A stretch of 61,403 nt of DNA. It comes from Vicugna vicugna. Lineage: Eukaryota. How positions within the stretch are numbered: the first letter of the stretch is position 1; every line of letters starts with the position of its first letter. The position numbers were made by a program, and so were the translations under genes. Positions 48,860-61,403 of this stretch are shown here, one piece after another. Location of the stretch: the NCBI GenBank assembly GCA_013265495.1, contig MU057521.1:930001-991403 (forward strand). Direction: 5' to 3'. The notes beneath the pieces were generated by a model that saw only the letters and a list, made by a program, of their open reading frames with translations, ran no database searches and was not told the DNA's origin.

Positions 48860-49296
48860 GGCGTGAAGCCCACACTCCAGCCACTCTGAGGCACTTGCAC
48901 TTCTCTAAAAGCAACGTGCCTCTCTCACCGCTAAGCCTTTGCACACACATCATTCTTTTAGCTTGAGATGCTGTCCTTCCCTTTTTAGCATGGAAAAATT
49001 CAGCCCAAATGCCCATCACCAGCTCCAAGAAGCCTTCCCTCAACCCTCTAGCTGGGTTAGATGCCACTCCTATGTTCTCTGTGGACCCCTTTCTATAATA
49101 ATCATATTCTATTTACATGTGTCTCCCCCATTGGAAAGTGAGTTCCTTAAGGGCAAGAACCTACACACAACTTGTATTTGGCCAACTGAGGGATTCAAAG
49201 GCCCCCTGTTTACCTGCACCACTACGACCCCCGACCAGAATGAATACCCCCTAGGCTGGCCAGTAAGTGCTTAGTAAATGCTTGTAGAATAAATGA
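48860..49296 (+). mobile_element. L2 LINE 3' region
   Basis: gcctttgcacac...cagcccaaatgcccatcaccagctccaagaagccttccct...gtgagttccttaagggcaag...cagtaagtgcttagtaaatgcttgtagaataaatgaa. Confidence 0.75.
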
Positions 49297-49479
49297 AAAC
49301 TAATTGAAATCAGGCCATTTTTGAAAAATTAAGGCTACATGGTCACCAGTATTTGTAGGCAATTCAGAAATCATGAGCATGATTAGATCCATGCATTAAC
49401 AGTATGCTTTCATTTACCTCTTCCCAGAACAGTAAGTTTGTTAAAGGAAAGAGTTACTATGTTGGTAACTAAGCACAGA

Positions 49480-49640
49480 TGTTAAACTGGTACTTCAACA
49501 AAATAATTAGAATCTATGCCTCATAATGTCCACTGAAGACTGAATAAATCTGTGTCTTGGGGGTGTGGTTCCAATGTAAATATCTACAAAAAGCTCCTTG
49601 GGTGATTGTGATGTCAACTGAGGGTTGAAGGCCACTGATA
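49480..49640. mobile_element. MER5-type hAT MITE
   Basis: aaaagctccttgggtgattgtgatgtcaactgagggttgaaggccactg. Confidence 0.55.
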
Positions 49641-49689
49641 ATTCCTTATTCTAACTGAAAAGGGCTCTAGCAGTCTACCCCAAAACAGG

Positions 49690-52215
49690 CACTCTCAAAC
49701 ACTGCTCTTGGGAGAACAAAACAGTAGGAAAGGAATGCGTCATTATCTAATAAAGCTACATATGACTTTATCTTCAGCACAGTAATTCTGCCTAAGTATT
49801 CACTCTGAAAATACATTTCCATAAATACAAAATAACATTCACAAGGTAATTCATTCATTTCACCATTATTTGCAATGGCAATATGCTGGAGAAAAAATAA
49901 TCTAAATGCCCATTCATAGAAACTAACTGATGATTATCTACCCAATGGAGTAGTATGTGGTCAGACAAAAGAGTGAGAAAGATGGCTATGAACTGCTTCG
50001 GAATGACAGCCAGCTTATATTGTTAAGTGCAAAAAAGGCAAGGGTAAAGATTAAGAAGGAGAGTAAGAATACATATTTGCTTATTTCTACAAAAATAAAC
50101 ACAGAAGAATAAACCAATTAATGTAAATGGTCACCATTAAGTGGATGGGTGGGGACAGAGAGAGAGGACGTGGGAGTTCAGCCTCTCTCAGTCTTTTATA
50201 CAGTTGTGACTTTTGAGTCATGGAAACATTTCACAGATCCCAGAAAATAATTAAATCAAAAAAGATGGATATACCAGAAATCGACACAACATTATAAACT
50301 CACTGTACTTCAATAAAAATATATTTTTTAAAGAAGCTGGAGAAAAAAATCAAGCCCTGAAATTAAATATAAACAGAAAAAAGTGAACTCAGATGGACAA
50401 CATAATTATATTTACATAACTTTTGAACAAGAACACTCTGCACATTCTTAGTGGGATATATTCTTTAAGAATAATAACAATCACTGCCAAGCAATCTTGA
50501 AACTCAGTTGGCTTGTTGGTGGTACTGGTGCCAATGTAGTAGTAATTCTGAAACTATTTTGTATACACTACATGCTAGAACAAATAAGCAATTATATTGA
50601 TGTTGTTAGGAAATAAGGTTTTCTCACTGTGGAAAAAGGGAGACACAAAAATACTGAAATGAGGGAAGGTGAGAAGGAACACAGTTGTGTTGAATTTAAA
50701 TCGGAAACATCAGAATACAATCATGATGTAAAATAATAGATGTGTATTTCTAAGTTTTGTCCACTGAAGAAGTCTAGACACAATGACAGACAGTCCAGTA
50801 ACAATGAGCATGTTTTGTTCCTAGATCTTGGTTTCTACGTACCATCTTTCACTGAAAAGAACCGGAAATCCTTGGGAAATGGCTGTTCCAAGGTCTAGGG
50901 CAGGGAAAATACAGAGTGAGCCTAGCTCATCCTATAGTGCCATCAAGTAATAGTGATCGGGACATGTCAAAGGCCATGGGAGTCAGCCTGACTGACTGAA
51001 GGTGCTCAGACTGCACTGACCACACTTGGCAACATTTGAACATGGAAAAGAATGACCGTCTGAATGTGGTGTGTTCCCCCCAAAATCGAACCTCAAATCC
51101 CCAATGTGACGGTGTTTGGAGGTGGGGCCTTTGGGAGTAATTAGGTTTAGATGAGGTCGTAAGGGTGGAGCCCTCAGGAAGGGATCAGTCCCTTATAAGA
51201 AGAGACCAGAGCCCACTCTTTACCAAGTGAGGACACAGTGAGAAAGCTGACATCACTATACTAGGAAGAGAGCTCTCACTAGGAACTGAACCTGCCCAGA
51301 CCTTGACCTTGAACTTCCCTGCCTCTAGAACTGTAAGAAATAATTGTTTGTTTGTTGTTTAAGCCACCCAGTCTATGGTAAGTTATTATGGCAGCCCAAG
51401 ATGACTAAGACAGGTAATATTTTATAAGACATTGAATTCAAAAAGGATCTGTGACTCCACAGTGATATTCAAAGGGAAAAACAATACAGAAAAAGGGAAA
51501 AAAAGAGAGGAGTGGGGGAAGGGGTTCCTCTTGAATTGATGAATGCTAACTTATAGATGAAAAACCAGTTATTAAATTTTAAAACCACCATTTTGCCATC
51601 TCCAATGTAGTGACTGATTCAGGCAAAGATCATCAATAGGTGTTAAAAATCACTGGGTGAAAGTTTGCTAAGAGAGAGAATATTTACTTTCCTCAAACTA
51701 TGCTTATTAAATGGTAAAGAGGAAAGTCATCCTTACAACGGGGAGATCTGGCAGCTATCACCTTAACCAAAGATCCAATTTAGCAACCCCTCCGAGCCAA
51801 TAATGGAGCAGACTGGTGTCATGTTCCTTCTGCGGTGATGCAGTATAACATCGCTAATGAGGTACTGTGCCAACGCGCTCATCTTGAATTTAATCATGAG
51901 GGAACGAGACATGTAGGGCTGGTATGGGCGCCTCAAAACTCTCAATGCCATGGAAAGGAAAACAAAACTAAGGAGGCTGTTCTAGATTCTAAGGACTGAG
52001 GAGACGTGGTACCTAAATACAATGCATGAACCGTGATGCAACCCAGGATTGAGGTTGGGGGAAAACTGGATGGTGATTAAGGACATTTCTGAATATGGAC
52101 TGTATCTTAGATGACATTACTGAATTAATGTGTGATGTTGTGATTTTGCAGGAGAATGCCCTTGTTCTCAGGAGATACCTGTTGGAAGTATCCTGGGGTG
52201 AAGCGTCAAGATGCT
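49690..52215 (+). mobile_element. Old L1 (L1MC/L1MD-like) ORF2 end and long 3' UTR, fragmented
   Basis: cattatttgcaatggcaa...tctaaatgcccattcatag...caatggagtagtatg; gatctggcagctatcaccttaaccaa; caatgcatgaaccgtgatg...atggactgtatcttagatgac...gagaatgcccttgttctcaggagatac. Confidence 0.75.
51053..51412 (+). mobile_element. MaLR solo LTR MLT1A-like, nested in L1
   Basis: ctgaatgt...cccccaaaat...tttggaggtggggcctttggg...cttataagaagagaccagag...gtgaggacacagtgagaa...aagccacccagtctatggta...gcagcccaagatgactaagaca. Confidence 0.9.
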
Positions 52216-52400
52216 GGGGTGACTGGTGAAATATTAAAACTCACCTCCATTCCACTTGTTCAGTTAGTCCTTCTATTGCTAAGACTACGGGGGAGAGGAA
52301 GCCTCAGCACAGCTAAAGCAAGCCTCTCTCACTTCTAGAGAAGCTGCCAATTGCCCTTTGAAAACTTCCATGAGGATCTACAGAAATAAAACTTCTTGAC

Positions 52401-52848
52401 TGCCATAGGCTGGACTGTGTCCCCCACAAGATTTAAACGTTGAAGCCCTAACCCTCAGTACCTTAGAGTGTGGCTATGCTTGGAGACAGGGCCTTTAAAG
52501 AGGTGATTAAGGTAAAACGAGGCCATGAGGGTGGTCCTAATCCATTAGGACTATGTCTTCATTAAGAAGGGGAAATTGACCCAACATTGTAAACTGACTA
52601 TATTTTAATTTAAAAAAAGGTGGGGGTGGGGGGAATCGGGGCACAAACAGGCGTTGTGAAGACCATGTGAAGATGCAGGGGAAAGATGGCCGACTACAAG
52701 CCAAGGAGAGAATCCTCAGAAGAAACCAACCCTGTGGACACCTTGATCTCAGACTTCAAGCCCCCAGAATTGTAAGAAAATAAATTTCTATTGTTCAAGC
52801 CACCCAGTCAGTGCTTCTTTGTCATGACAGCCTGAACAAACTCATACA
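52401..52848 (+). mobile_element. MaLR solo LTR MLT1B-like, with a short L1 tip inserted at about 52576-52618
   Basis: gttgaagccctaaccctcagtacct...tggagacagggcctttaaagaggtgattaagg...caagccaaggagaga...gaaaccaaccctg...aagccacccagtc...aacaaactcataca. Confidence 0.9.
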
Positions 52849-53267
52849 CTATCTCTGTGCTTTGCCTGATTAATTCTCCACTTCGTCAGGCAAAGGGTCT
52901 AGCGCAGCTCCTGGCTCACACTGCCCAAGTGCATTCTTCCCTCCAGACTCCAGGGAGGTGGCACACAGGTCCTTTGATAGGGCCCCCATAATCGCACAGA
53001 CCCCATCCTCCGGTGCGCCCTCCCCCAGGCTTCAGGACACGCTCTAACTCATGGCTCCTCTCACCTCAGTGCTTTCTTTGAAGAAAGACATACACTGTTC
53101 CTCCTGACACGAAGACTTCTCTCCATAACTCTCACAAAGTAGGAGGCTCCCCTCTCCCCAGTTCCTCAGCCCTTTGTCAGCCCCGACTAAGTTCCTTCCC
53201 ATGATGCGTTATAACTATTTGTTCACTCACGAGAAATTCTCCCCGTAGACTCTGGTTCCTCTCTATG

Positions 53268-53325
53268 TGTTCTTTATCTTTGTAAACCACAGGAAATACA
53301 TGTTCTTTATCTTTGTAAACCACAG
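53268..53325. repeat. Perfect 25-bp direct repeat, period 33
   Basis: tgttctttatctttgtaaaccacag at 53268-53292 and 53301-53325. Confidence 0.95.
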
Positions 53326-54189
53326 CATGTAAACACAGGCTAGGCATTCAGATCTTCGGTGAATTAAGTTAACATGAAATACAAACAATCCTGTACAGTC
53401 AATTTCAGACTCTTTTAGCTTTTCACTTACTTGGCATGTCCAAGGGACCAGAGCAGCAATCACAAAACGGATGCTGAACATCAGCCCTATAACCAAAGGC
53501 AGAGGAGTAATACTTAAATCCTCACATTTCAGCCTGTCCTTGGAGCCAGCCAGATTTTCATTAGCGTTAACAGAAATGAATCCCAAAGAACTGAGATTAA
53601 ATGAAATGTACCTCAGTGTGAGCTTAAACCAACCTCTCTTTCTAGAATAAACTGCTGTAATCCTTCTGAAGTCCCTGACAAACCACTTCTCCCCCCACCT
53701 CTCCCACTCGACTTGGCTCCAAAGCATCTATGGATAGCCACAGAGCGTCCCTAGGTAGCAGGAACGTTCACAGTGAGGAAGAGATGGGAGAGCCACCACT
53801 CACTAGGATAGCACCGGAGGGTCCAGCAGAGGACAGAACACAGATTGATGCACACCTGTTGTTCAAAGCTCCACTCCGGGTCCTGGCGTTCACTTCTACA
53901 TCTAAATCTATCAAAGTCTTAACCCACCCTGTTCTCATGACTTAACTCCATGCCTCCCACTTACTCCCTCCTGTGAAACCCTCGCCCTTTTATAGCCTTT
54001 TATAGATTGATGTTCTTTTATCCTAAATTGAGAATTTCCCATTTGGACCTTCATCTTTCTTGCCCCATTGGAACCTGTCTTCAGCAACTTCAATAAACAT
54101 AATGATTACCCTTTGGACCCCACCTTGTTGAAAAAAACAAATAAATTTTCCCCTTCCATAACCACCTGATTGTAAGTTGCAGATCTGAG

Positions 54190-55256
54190 TTCCCATTATT
54201 CCTGTATACTCAAAATACTTCCTACGTAACTGCAGTGTAACCATTAAAATCAGGAAGTTAACACTGGTACACTGCCACAAACTCCCGTTCAGGTTTCACC
54301 AAATGTCCTCATAATGCAGAGGGATAGAATCCAGAGTCACATGCTGTATTTATTCATCATGTTTCTTTTTCCTTCTTCAATCTGGAACAGTTCCTCAGTC
54401 CTCCCTGACTTGCAACCTTGACACAGTTGGAAGATGACCAGAAGTTATTTTGTGGACTATCCCTCCATTTGAGTTTGTCTGACGTTTTCTCATGAATAGA
54501 TTCTGATTATACACCTTTCGGTGGGGAGAGGGGAGATATTGCAGACACAATGCTATAATTTCCTCCTTCCCCTGGCAGGTGCTTGTGTTACAGTAACTTT
54601 ATCACTTGTGTCTCCCAGATTTCTCCACTGTAAAGTGACTCTTTAATCCCTCCCTCTTCTGTATTTAATAAGTATTTTGTGGAGAGATACCCTGAGGCTA
54701 TGTAAATCTTGTTCCTTGTCAAGGTTTTACCTGTTAATGTTAGCCTGCTTTATCATTTGTTGCCTGAATTAACTATTAGATGATGGTTGCTAAATGATGA
54801 TTTTTAATTCTACTTTTTATTCTACATTTCTTGGTTGACCTTCTATTGAAGATACAATGTCCTCTTTTCCTTATTTATTTTATTAATATTAGTATGGGCT
54901 CACTGATTTATATTACTCGATGAGTTATAATCCATTACTGCTATATTTATTTAGATGCTGAAAATGCCTCAGGTTTGGCTATTAAGAGCTTCTTCAGGCT
55001 GACCCCTATGTCCTTTTGACATGCCTGCAACATTCTTTGAGTAGTTCCTTACTTTGTGGCACAAAAATATGTTTTAGGCTCATCTTATATTTCCCCTTCC
55101 ACAGGATCAGGATCAGTCATTTCTCCAAGGAGCCCATTCCTTTAAGCTGCAGAATAGCATTTAGAAACCAAGATCTGGATAACAGGTGTGCTCAAGGCCA
55201 TTGGGTCTCTCTACTCCCAGACCCTCTTCAGTGGGCACAGCTAGGAAATATATGTA
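54190..55256 (-). mobile_element. Old L1 (L1MC4/5-like) 3' UTR
   Basis: aaaatcaggaagttaacactggtaca...tcaatctggaacagttcctcag...tttctccactgtaaagt...cagtcatttctccaaggagccc...tttagaaaccaagatctgg...cagctaggaaatatatgt. Confidence 0.8.
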
Positions 55257-56811
55257 ATCTCTGAGCTTCCCTGGAATGTCCAAAGTCTTGCCCGCATGAA
55301 GCAGACAAGCCTCAACATCAGTAAAGTCTCCTAAGATCCTACAGCTTGAACTGGTCTGTCTTTTTTTTCATAAGCCACAACCCCAAGGAGCTGAGCCTAC
55401 AAAGTGGGGTCCTGCCTCTCAACGGTTCCTCCTCCTCTTCCTAAGCCTCACACTCTGGTCTGGTTTGATGAATCATCCCTGGTCTCTCCTCTTGCCATAT
55501 ACCATTTGCTTCTAATTTCTTGGCTTCGTGGGTGAACTTTCAGAGTTCCTGGGTCCCGGGCAGCCTGAGAGCCAGTCTTGCCCTGAACACAACTCCATTC
55601 CAGCTCCCAGAACCTAGGACCCTGGGGACCTGCTTCTCCTGGAGGAGAACACTTCAGTCGAAAATCAGCATCAAAAAGTGTTTAAATTCTTGTTAATGTA
55701 GTCCATCTTACCTTGCATTAATCTCTAACAAATAAAAAAAAAACAGTTTAGGTGGTGAAGCAAAGTGCTATGTATCTTTCTGGCTTTGTGAGAGTGATAT
55801 TTTTGTCCCAAGGTCAGTGCTTCTCAGCTAGTCCTGCACTTCTGAGCTTCTGTCCTTTCTCTACCTCAGACACCACAGTTTCTAAAATCATCGTTGTTAT
55901 TCCTCCCTCTACTGATCTGCACAGCTTCCATCCCCAGAAGCATGTGTCCATCTAGGTAACCTAGAGGTGATATATAAATCCTCTGGTCCTCCCACCTACT
56001 GTAGGAGCCTGATATGAGGTGAGGAAGACCCACAGAGTACATGAAACAGCCATTCATAGGAAAAGCAATCAAAAGTCAGCCTCAGCCCATTTTAGATTCC
56101 ATCTTCTGCCTTTTAGAAATCCCCACAGGGTTCTATACGTGATGGATGTTTAATAACATTGTCAGGCTAACTAGCAGTGATTTCTAGTGGGGACACATAA
56201 AAAGTCACTACAAAGGCCTATAATTTTGGACCTTAGAGCTTTCATTTTTCCAAGGTGGGAGAGACACGTAATAAATATCTCTGGAACCACAATGTGATAT
56301 GACAATAGCTATTAAGGCTCCAGGAACCAATATCCATGAAGTGGTCCCTTATCCATTAATAATAGTTACAAAATGTCATATCCCACAGCTGAGCTGGGCT
56401 GCAAATCTTATACTGTTTATTTAAGAATAAATAAATAGATGTGCACGAGCTGGGTCTGACTTTTCTTGGTGTAGTGAGATCTTCATGACCATCATTTCAG
56501 ACATGAGCCCATGAATTCTGAGTCAAGCCCTCCCTTTTCTAGCTAATGACTCTTAATTTGGGGGGGGGTTATAAACCATTCTGAGAAAGTGATGAAGGAT
56601 ACAGACCCCTCTACCTCTGAGAGGGAAGAGATGCAGAAATACACACATATGCACACAAACAGAACGGTGCTTACATCTTCACGGAGTTTGACCACCGGAG
56701 CCCCAGGTGAGGCATGCCCTAGGCCAGTGCTTCTCACGCCTTAATGTGCCAATAAATTACCAATGAATCACCAGTAAATCACCAATGCCGTCTGAGTGGT
56801 GAAGTTCTAGA

Positions 56812-57005
56812 ATGAAGTCAACACACTTTTTCTGTATAGGGACGACGGTAAATACTTCAGGCATTGTGGTTCACACCGTATCTGTTACAACTACTCTGCC
56901 ACTGTAGCAGAAAGCAGCCATACGCAAATGGATGGACCTGCCTGTGTTCTAATAAAACTTTATTTACAAAAACAGGGGACAGACTGGATTTGGCCCAAGG
57001 AATAC
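56812..57005. mobile_element. MER58A-type hAT MITE, preceded by a MER5-like fragment (about 56725-56800)
   Basis: actttttctgtataggg...ggtaaatacttcaggc...caactactctgccactgtagcagaaagcagccata...ctgtgttctaataaaactttatttacaaaaacagg...ggatttggcc. Confidence 0.85.
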
Positions 57006-59989
57006 ACTGGAAGGCACCACTTCAAAGCCGGCACAAGGGCTGTAATCGCAAACCACAAAACTCAACTCAGTTCTGATTATTTTTTTAAGGGTTCACATTT
57101 ATATTTACCACAAATTTTGTCATATTCACTCTGTTATTTACTTAACCAGCAATTCCCATTACTACATTTTTTTCCTACTGAACAATTTGTTATGATCAAG
57201 CCATTGTTCCATTTTCCAGCCGACACAATGAGGGTCTGAATAATTCCACATTTTAAACGTTTTCTGAAAGACCCTCTATGGCCTAGTTTTCTGACTCATA
57301 GCATAGTTCTATTGACGGCTGACCACATGCACGATGTAAAAGCAGAACACATTCTTTTGTGTACCGAGCCACCCGCCTCTTTTCCGGAGGCCGCTGTCAT
57401 TTCTTTAACAAGCCTGGCAGCTGTCAGACTCGGGCCAAGAGTCACAGGGGCTTTGTTTCCCCGGAGACTTGTTTTCACAAAAATTAGGACCCGCGGGAGG
57501 CTCTTCTTTGACCGATTCCTTCCTTCGTGGCAAAAGGTCAAATGCTTGACTATTGAGTGCCTTCCTGGGTGAGCTTCACCGAGTCATTTTCTGTTTCCTG
57601 ACTGGTGCTGGCAACACCCATCAACAACCACCTGACTCCACAGAATGAAAGTGGCTTCGTTGGGTTTTCCTCCCAAATGTCCTACGTTTTAAGGCTCAGA
57701 CCTGGCCGGGCACCTGCCGACCTGCTCTGTGGGAAAGATGTTAGAGTGGCCCACGTGGGCTTGTCCCAGGGGTCCCTTGCTAACCATTCCTGAGTGGCTG
57801 GGAAAACTATTTTCTTTTCAACTCATGCACTCCCTAACAGACAAACCAGCTCCAGCTAGAAATGACTTGGGTCCACGGTGTGTTTCTAGCCATTTTCACT
57901 GATTTCTCAAGTCAAGCCTCACCAAATTAGATACAAACTTTCTTCAGAATTGCCACTATTGTTCAAAAGCCTATAGAGTATTCTAGGTGGCTAAAAAGCA
58001 CAGAGTGTAGAACTCTACAGAGCACAAAGGATGTTACCATTTTGTGTGAAAACCAAAGTCCAATTCATGAGCAAACTTCCTTTATAAAATCTCAACTAAT
58101 CTGAAGCGTTATGAGTAACAGAACACTGAAATCATACAAACCAGACCCTTCCGCCATCCTTCACGTGGTAAAGGGCAGTCACCATCTCGATCCGGAGCAA
58201 CAGCCACACTAGCTCTGGTGTGTTTGTGTGTTTTGGGTACTTGTTTTGTTGTTCGTGTGTGAGAAGCATGTTCGGGTCTGCAGTATATTCACAGCAGCAC
58301 ATTTTACCTAGAAGGTAAGCTTCTGTCTCTAAATCTCTAGCACAAACGGTCCAACCAATTATTCATCTTGCATCTGCCCAGTAACACTGGGGTTTATGAC
58401 AGCGTAAGACACAGGACAGCATGGGTCTGTGGGTCACATGTGCTTAAAATTTGTATCTCCACTGAGGGCAGTTCGATGCAGGGAAACTTGATTTCTCAAG
58501 GGAACATGCAAAATGCATTTCATCCTACTTTTTACATCTCTGATGACCTTGAGATAGTCACAATGGCTTTGCAAAAAGGCATTTATTCACCTACTCACCC
58601 TAGTGATGAACAATTTATGTAGGGCAAGTAACAAAGTACGTATTTCATTCATTTTACTCCCTCTGTTCCTCCAGGGGCCACAAGAGGATCTGACGGCAGA
58701 AAAATGTTGGTGACATTTTTATGCAAGTAGAGCAGCTGGGTTAAGATGATTTTCTTACTCATTTATAGAGATGACAGTTTGGGCTGTGCTGTGGAAGAAG
58801 GGAAATGCTTGGGATCTCAGATAAAACCCAGTGAGACAATGAGGATGGCTCTGAAAGCCCAACTTCTTGCCAAGCCCACACGCCAGCCCATGCCAGCTGG
58901 GCATACGGCACATACCATTCAGGCTGCCACTCAAACCGACCGGGCCACCTGGGAGCTTTTGTGCTAGAAAACATCAACCTTTCCTCTAATTACGAGCTGA
59001 AGTTTGACGTTTATAGTCAAGAAGGGTTTTTTTTTTCCCTTCCTCTTAAGACAGATTTTGAGAGTTCTTCTATCATTTCGTCTTACATTCATTTGTACTT
59101 TCAGTAATTGCCCAGTTTAGGAGATTATCCTCTAAAGCACTCATACTCCTCACTCTTCGAGAAACCAGCTTCCCATAGCAGAAGCAGCCTGGCTGACGGT
59201 CCTCCCAATTAAAACCATTTCCTAATAATCACCTGCACGTGGCAAACCTGATCGTAAGCCCCCTCGCTCAAAAATTTAGCCAATGCACATGTGATAATTC
59301 TCAATCCAACCATGCTGACTCTCGTTCTTGGCTTTTTCCTAAGCTTAAAAAAAAAAAAACCCGAAGACTATCTTGGAAAGTGGCTACAATATTATGAAAT
59401 TAAAAAGTCAAGGGTATAAGAATCAGTACCGAAGAGCAGACCACTTCTGTCTACCCACTTCTCCTCCCCCTCTACCCACAGCATCTGTGCAGTCTCATCT
59501 AATCCAGTCTCGGCCTGACCTCAGGTCTTGGTTAATGCTGTTCCTGCTGCAAGGAACTTTCTTTTCTACCTCCTTGGCTGGACAGCTCTTTGGGATAGAG
59601 GTTGAGGTGGGGTGAAAGTTGGTCCCAAAACGCCAACGCACTCTCAGAGCACTCTCCTTCCTTTGCCTCCCACGCTTCTCCCATGTAATTCCTTATGTGA
59701 TGTTTGCCTGAGTGGAAGCCCCCTGAGGACTTGGCGCCACCTACCAACACAGAGCACCCCACAGGCATGCACCATACTTCCTGGTAAACCTGTAGAAACA
59801 TTCATGAAAGAGGCATCAGGCATGGAAATACTAGCACTGCTCACCTCTTCTGGCTTCAGTAAGAAGCCAGACAAAGCAATGTGCTGGCATCCAGAAGCAC
59901 TAACCTACCTGAAGAGAGAACTTCGCTTGGACAGAGCTGATGCCCCTGGACCTGGGACATTCACTAATCCACATCGGAAACTCGACTCT

Positions 59990-60155
59990 TACGATTAATT
60001 AGCTACAGGCTTCTGCAAGTCATTTACCCTCCCTGGTTTCAACTTCCTCGTCTATTAATCAGGAACAACAACACCCACCTCGAAATATTGTTTCAAGGAT
60101 TAAATGGGTGAGGGAGGTTTCCAGCCCAGTAGCCAGCATATAATAGCTGTTCAAG
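59990..60155 (+). mobile_element. MIR fragment
   Basis: gcaagtcatttaccctccctggtttcaacttcctcgtctatt...ttgtttcaaggattaaatg. Confidence 0.65.
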
Positions 60156-60734
60156 AAACACTGGCGATCTTTCTCTGACTCATAGTCTAACTTCACTTTG
60201 AGATCAACTGTGACATTGTCAACAAGAGAACAGAACTTTCAGAAATAAATAGAGAGAAGTGGAGAGAAGAGCACAAGGCAGAGATGCCAGAACAACGTCT
60301 GAAAGCAAAAACATACCTAAAAGGGCAGAAAAGCTTCCACACACAAGCAAATTGGGGCTTTGCTAAATGAGCTCTTTCCATTTGCATGAGGCCTGCTTTT
60401 GTGGCTGCCTTGAAACTCTCATTGCATGATGCCACAACACGCAGCTCTGCTCTAAAAAGGTTCGGTGTAGTTCAAGTCAGGCTAGGAAAACAGTGCCAAA
60501 AGTCTCTTGGCTCCGAATAAATTCCCACAAGTGTCCCGAATCTGTTAAGTATGCAAAGATGGTTTTGCATCAATGGAAAATATAGGCATTGCATATTCTG
60601 CCTGGAGGCTCACTCTCAAAATCACTATGGCCGTGGTATAAACATTTCTTTTTCTTAAAACACACCACCGAGAAAGCCAGCCACCAAGGGTGATATAATT
60701 TGAAACTAAAAACTACCATTCAGACATTGACAAC

Positions 60735-61120
60735 GGTCACACATTGAGATTACCACTGGGGTTTCTCACAGACTCGTCAAAGTTAACATGTCCAGAGTGG
60801 AATTCTTGGTCTCCCCCAACCCACCCCAAAACTTGCTCTTCCCACAGTCCTGGCAACTACATCCTTCCAGCAGCTCAAGGCAAAACCCTTAGCCCTATTC
60901 AGATCTCCTCTCTCGGCCACACTTCATATTCCCTCTACCCCACCAGCTTCGCCTTTTTTAAAAGGTCCTAAATCTCACCACTTCTCTCTACAACTGCCCC
61001 CACCCTGGTCCAGGCCACCACCCCTCTCACCAGGACCATTAGCAACATCTTGGTCTGGCTCCCTGCCCTCTTCTTTGCTCCTACAATCTGCTCTCGGTAC
61101 TGCATCCAGAGTGATGGTGT
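60735..61120 (+). mobile_element. L2 LINE body fragment
   Basis: tcaaagttaacatgtccagagtggaattcttg...tggcaactacatccttccagcagctcaaggcaaaacc...caccacttctc...ccctggtccaggccacca. Confidence 0.8.
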
Positions 61121-61157
61121 GACAATAAGAGCAGAAGACGAACTTTCTCCCAGAAGA

Positions 61158-61401
61158 GAACAGAGGTGGGGAGGGATAAATTGGGAGTTTGGAATTTGCA
61201 GATACTAACTACTATATATAAAGCAGATAAACAAGGTCCCACTGCATAGCGCAGGGAGCTATACTCAATACCTTGTAATGGCCTATAATGAAAAAGAATA
61301 TAAAAATGAAAATACATACACGTATAAATGAATCACTACACTGTACACCAGAAATTAACACAACATTGTAAATCAACTATACTTCAATAAAAAAAAAAAA
61401 T
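61158..61401 (+). mobile_element. L1 3' UTR with polyA tail (lineage-specific)
   Basis: ggggagggataaattgggagtttgg...aaacaaggtcccactgcatagc...cactgtacaccagaaattaacacaacattgtaaatcaactatacttcaataaaaaaaaaaaa. Confidence 0.92.
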
Positions 61402-61403
61402 CA

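Larger units (their letters stand above)
32492..61403 (-). other. RNF152: Presumed RNF152 intron upstream of the coding exon
   Basis: Upstream of the acceptor, repeat-rich, with no CpG-island promoter or coding exon visible. Non-coding alternative exons cannot be excluded. Confidence 0.7.

Noticed and set aside
53263..53727. 154-aa minus-strand ORF with a repeated C-terminal LWFTKIKN
   Set aside because: The repeat is just the 33-bp tandem duplication. No domain, codon bias or exon structure; length is within chance for a 61-kb window.
57300..59300. Mildly CpG-enriched segment with CACGTG E-boxes as a possible RNF152 promoter or CLEAR element
   Set aside because: Not a CpG island, no full GTCACGTGAC, and no convincing first-exon donor. 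The promoter is probably outside the window.
1..61403. Foreign, prokaryotic or viral insert, CRISPR array, processed pseudogene, NUMT or structured RNA gene
   Set aside because: None recognised. Composition and repeats are consistently mammalian. A covariance-model and BLAST search would be needed to exclude weak cases.

Overview
Mammalian genomic DNA, very probably camelid (inferred from tRNA-Ala-derived SINEs and the style of the L1 3' ends; not verified). The only protein-coding gene is RNF152 on the minus strand: a lysosomal RING-type E3 ligase with its whole 203-aa CDS (31730-32341) in one terminal exon that begins at a clear splice acceptor (exon start 32491). A repeat-poor 3' UTR probably extends about 7.3 kb to a candidate polyA site near 24410-24440. 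Sequence to the right of 32491 looks like a long first intron, with no promoter or first exon identifiable here. Sequence to the left of about 24400 looks like downstream flank. Both are full of MIR, L2, L1, MLT (MaLR/ERVL LTR), hAT/Tigger MITE and tRNA-SINE remnants. I find no evidence for a new gene system. The most unusual structures are: (i) a 5'-intact, doubly internally deleted L1 derivative (14957-19090) carrying a younger antisense L1 with a perfect 21-bp target-site duplication; (ii) three upstream AUGs, one in each frame, within 26 nt of the RNF152 splice acceptor, plus a 183-codon nested alternative ORF; (iii) motif-dense candidate enhancers and 3' UTR control elements. Repeat subfamily names are from recognition of consensus motifs only, and boundaries of old repeats are approximate.
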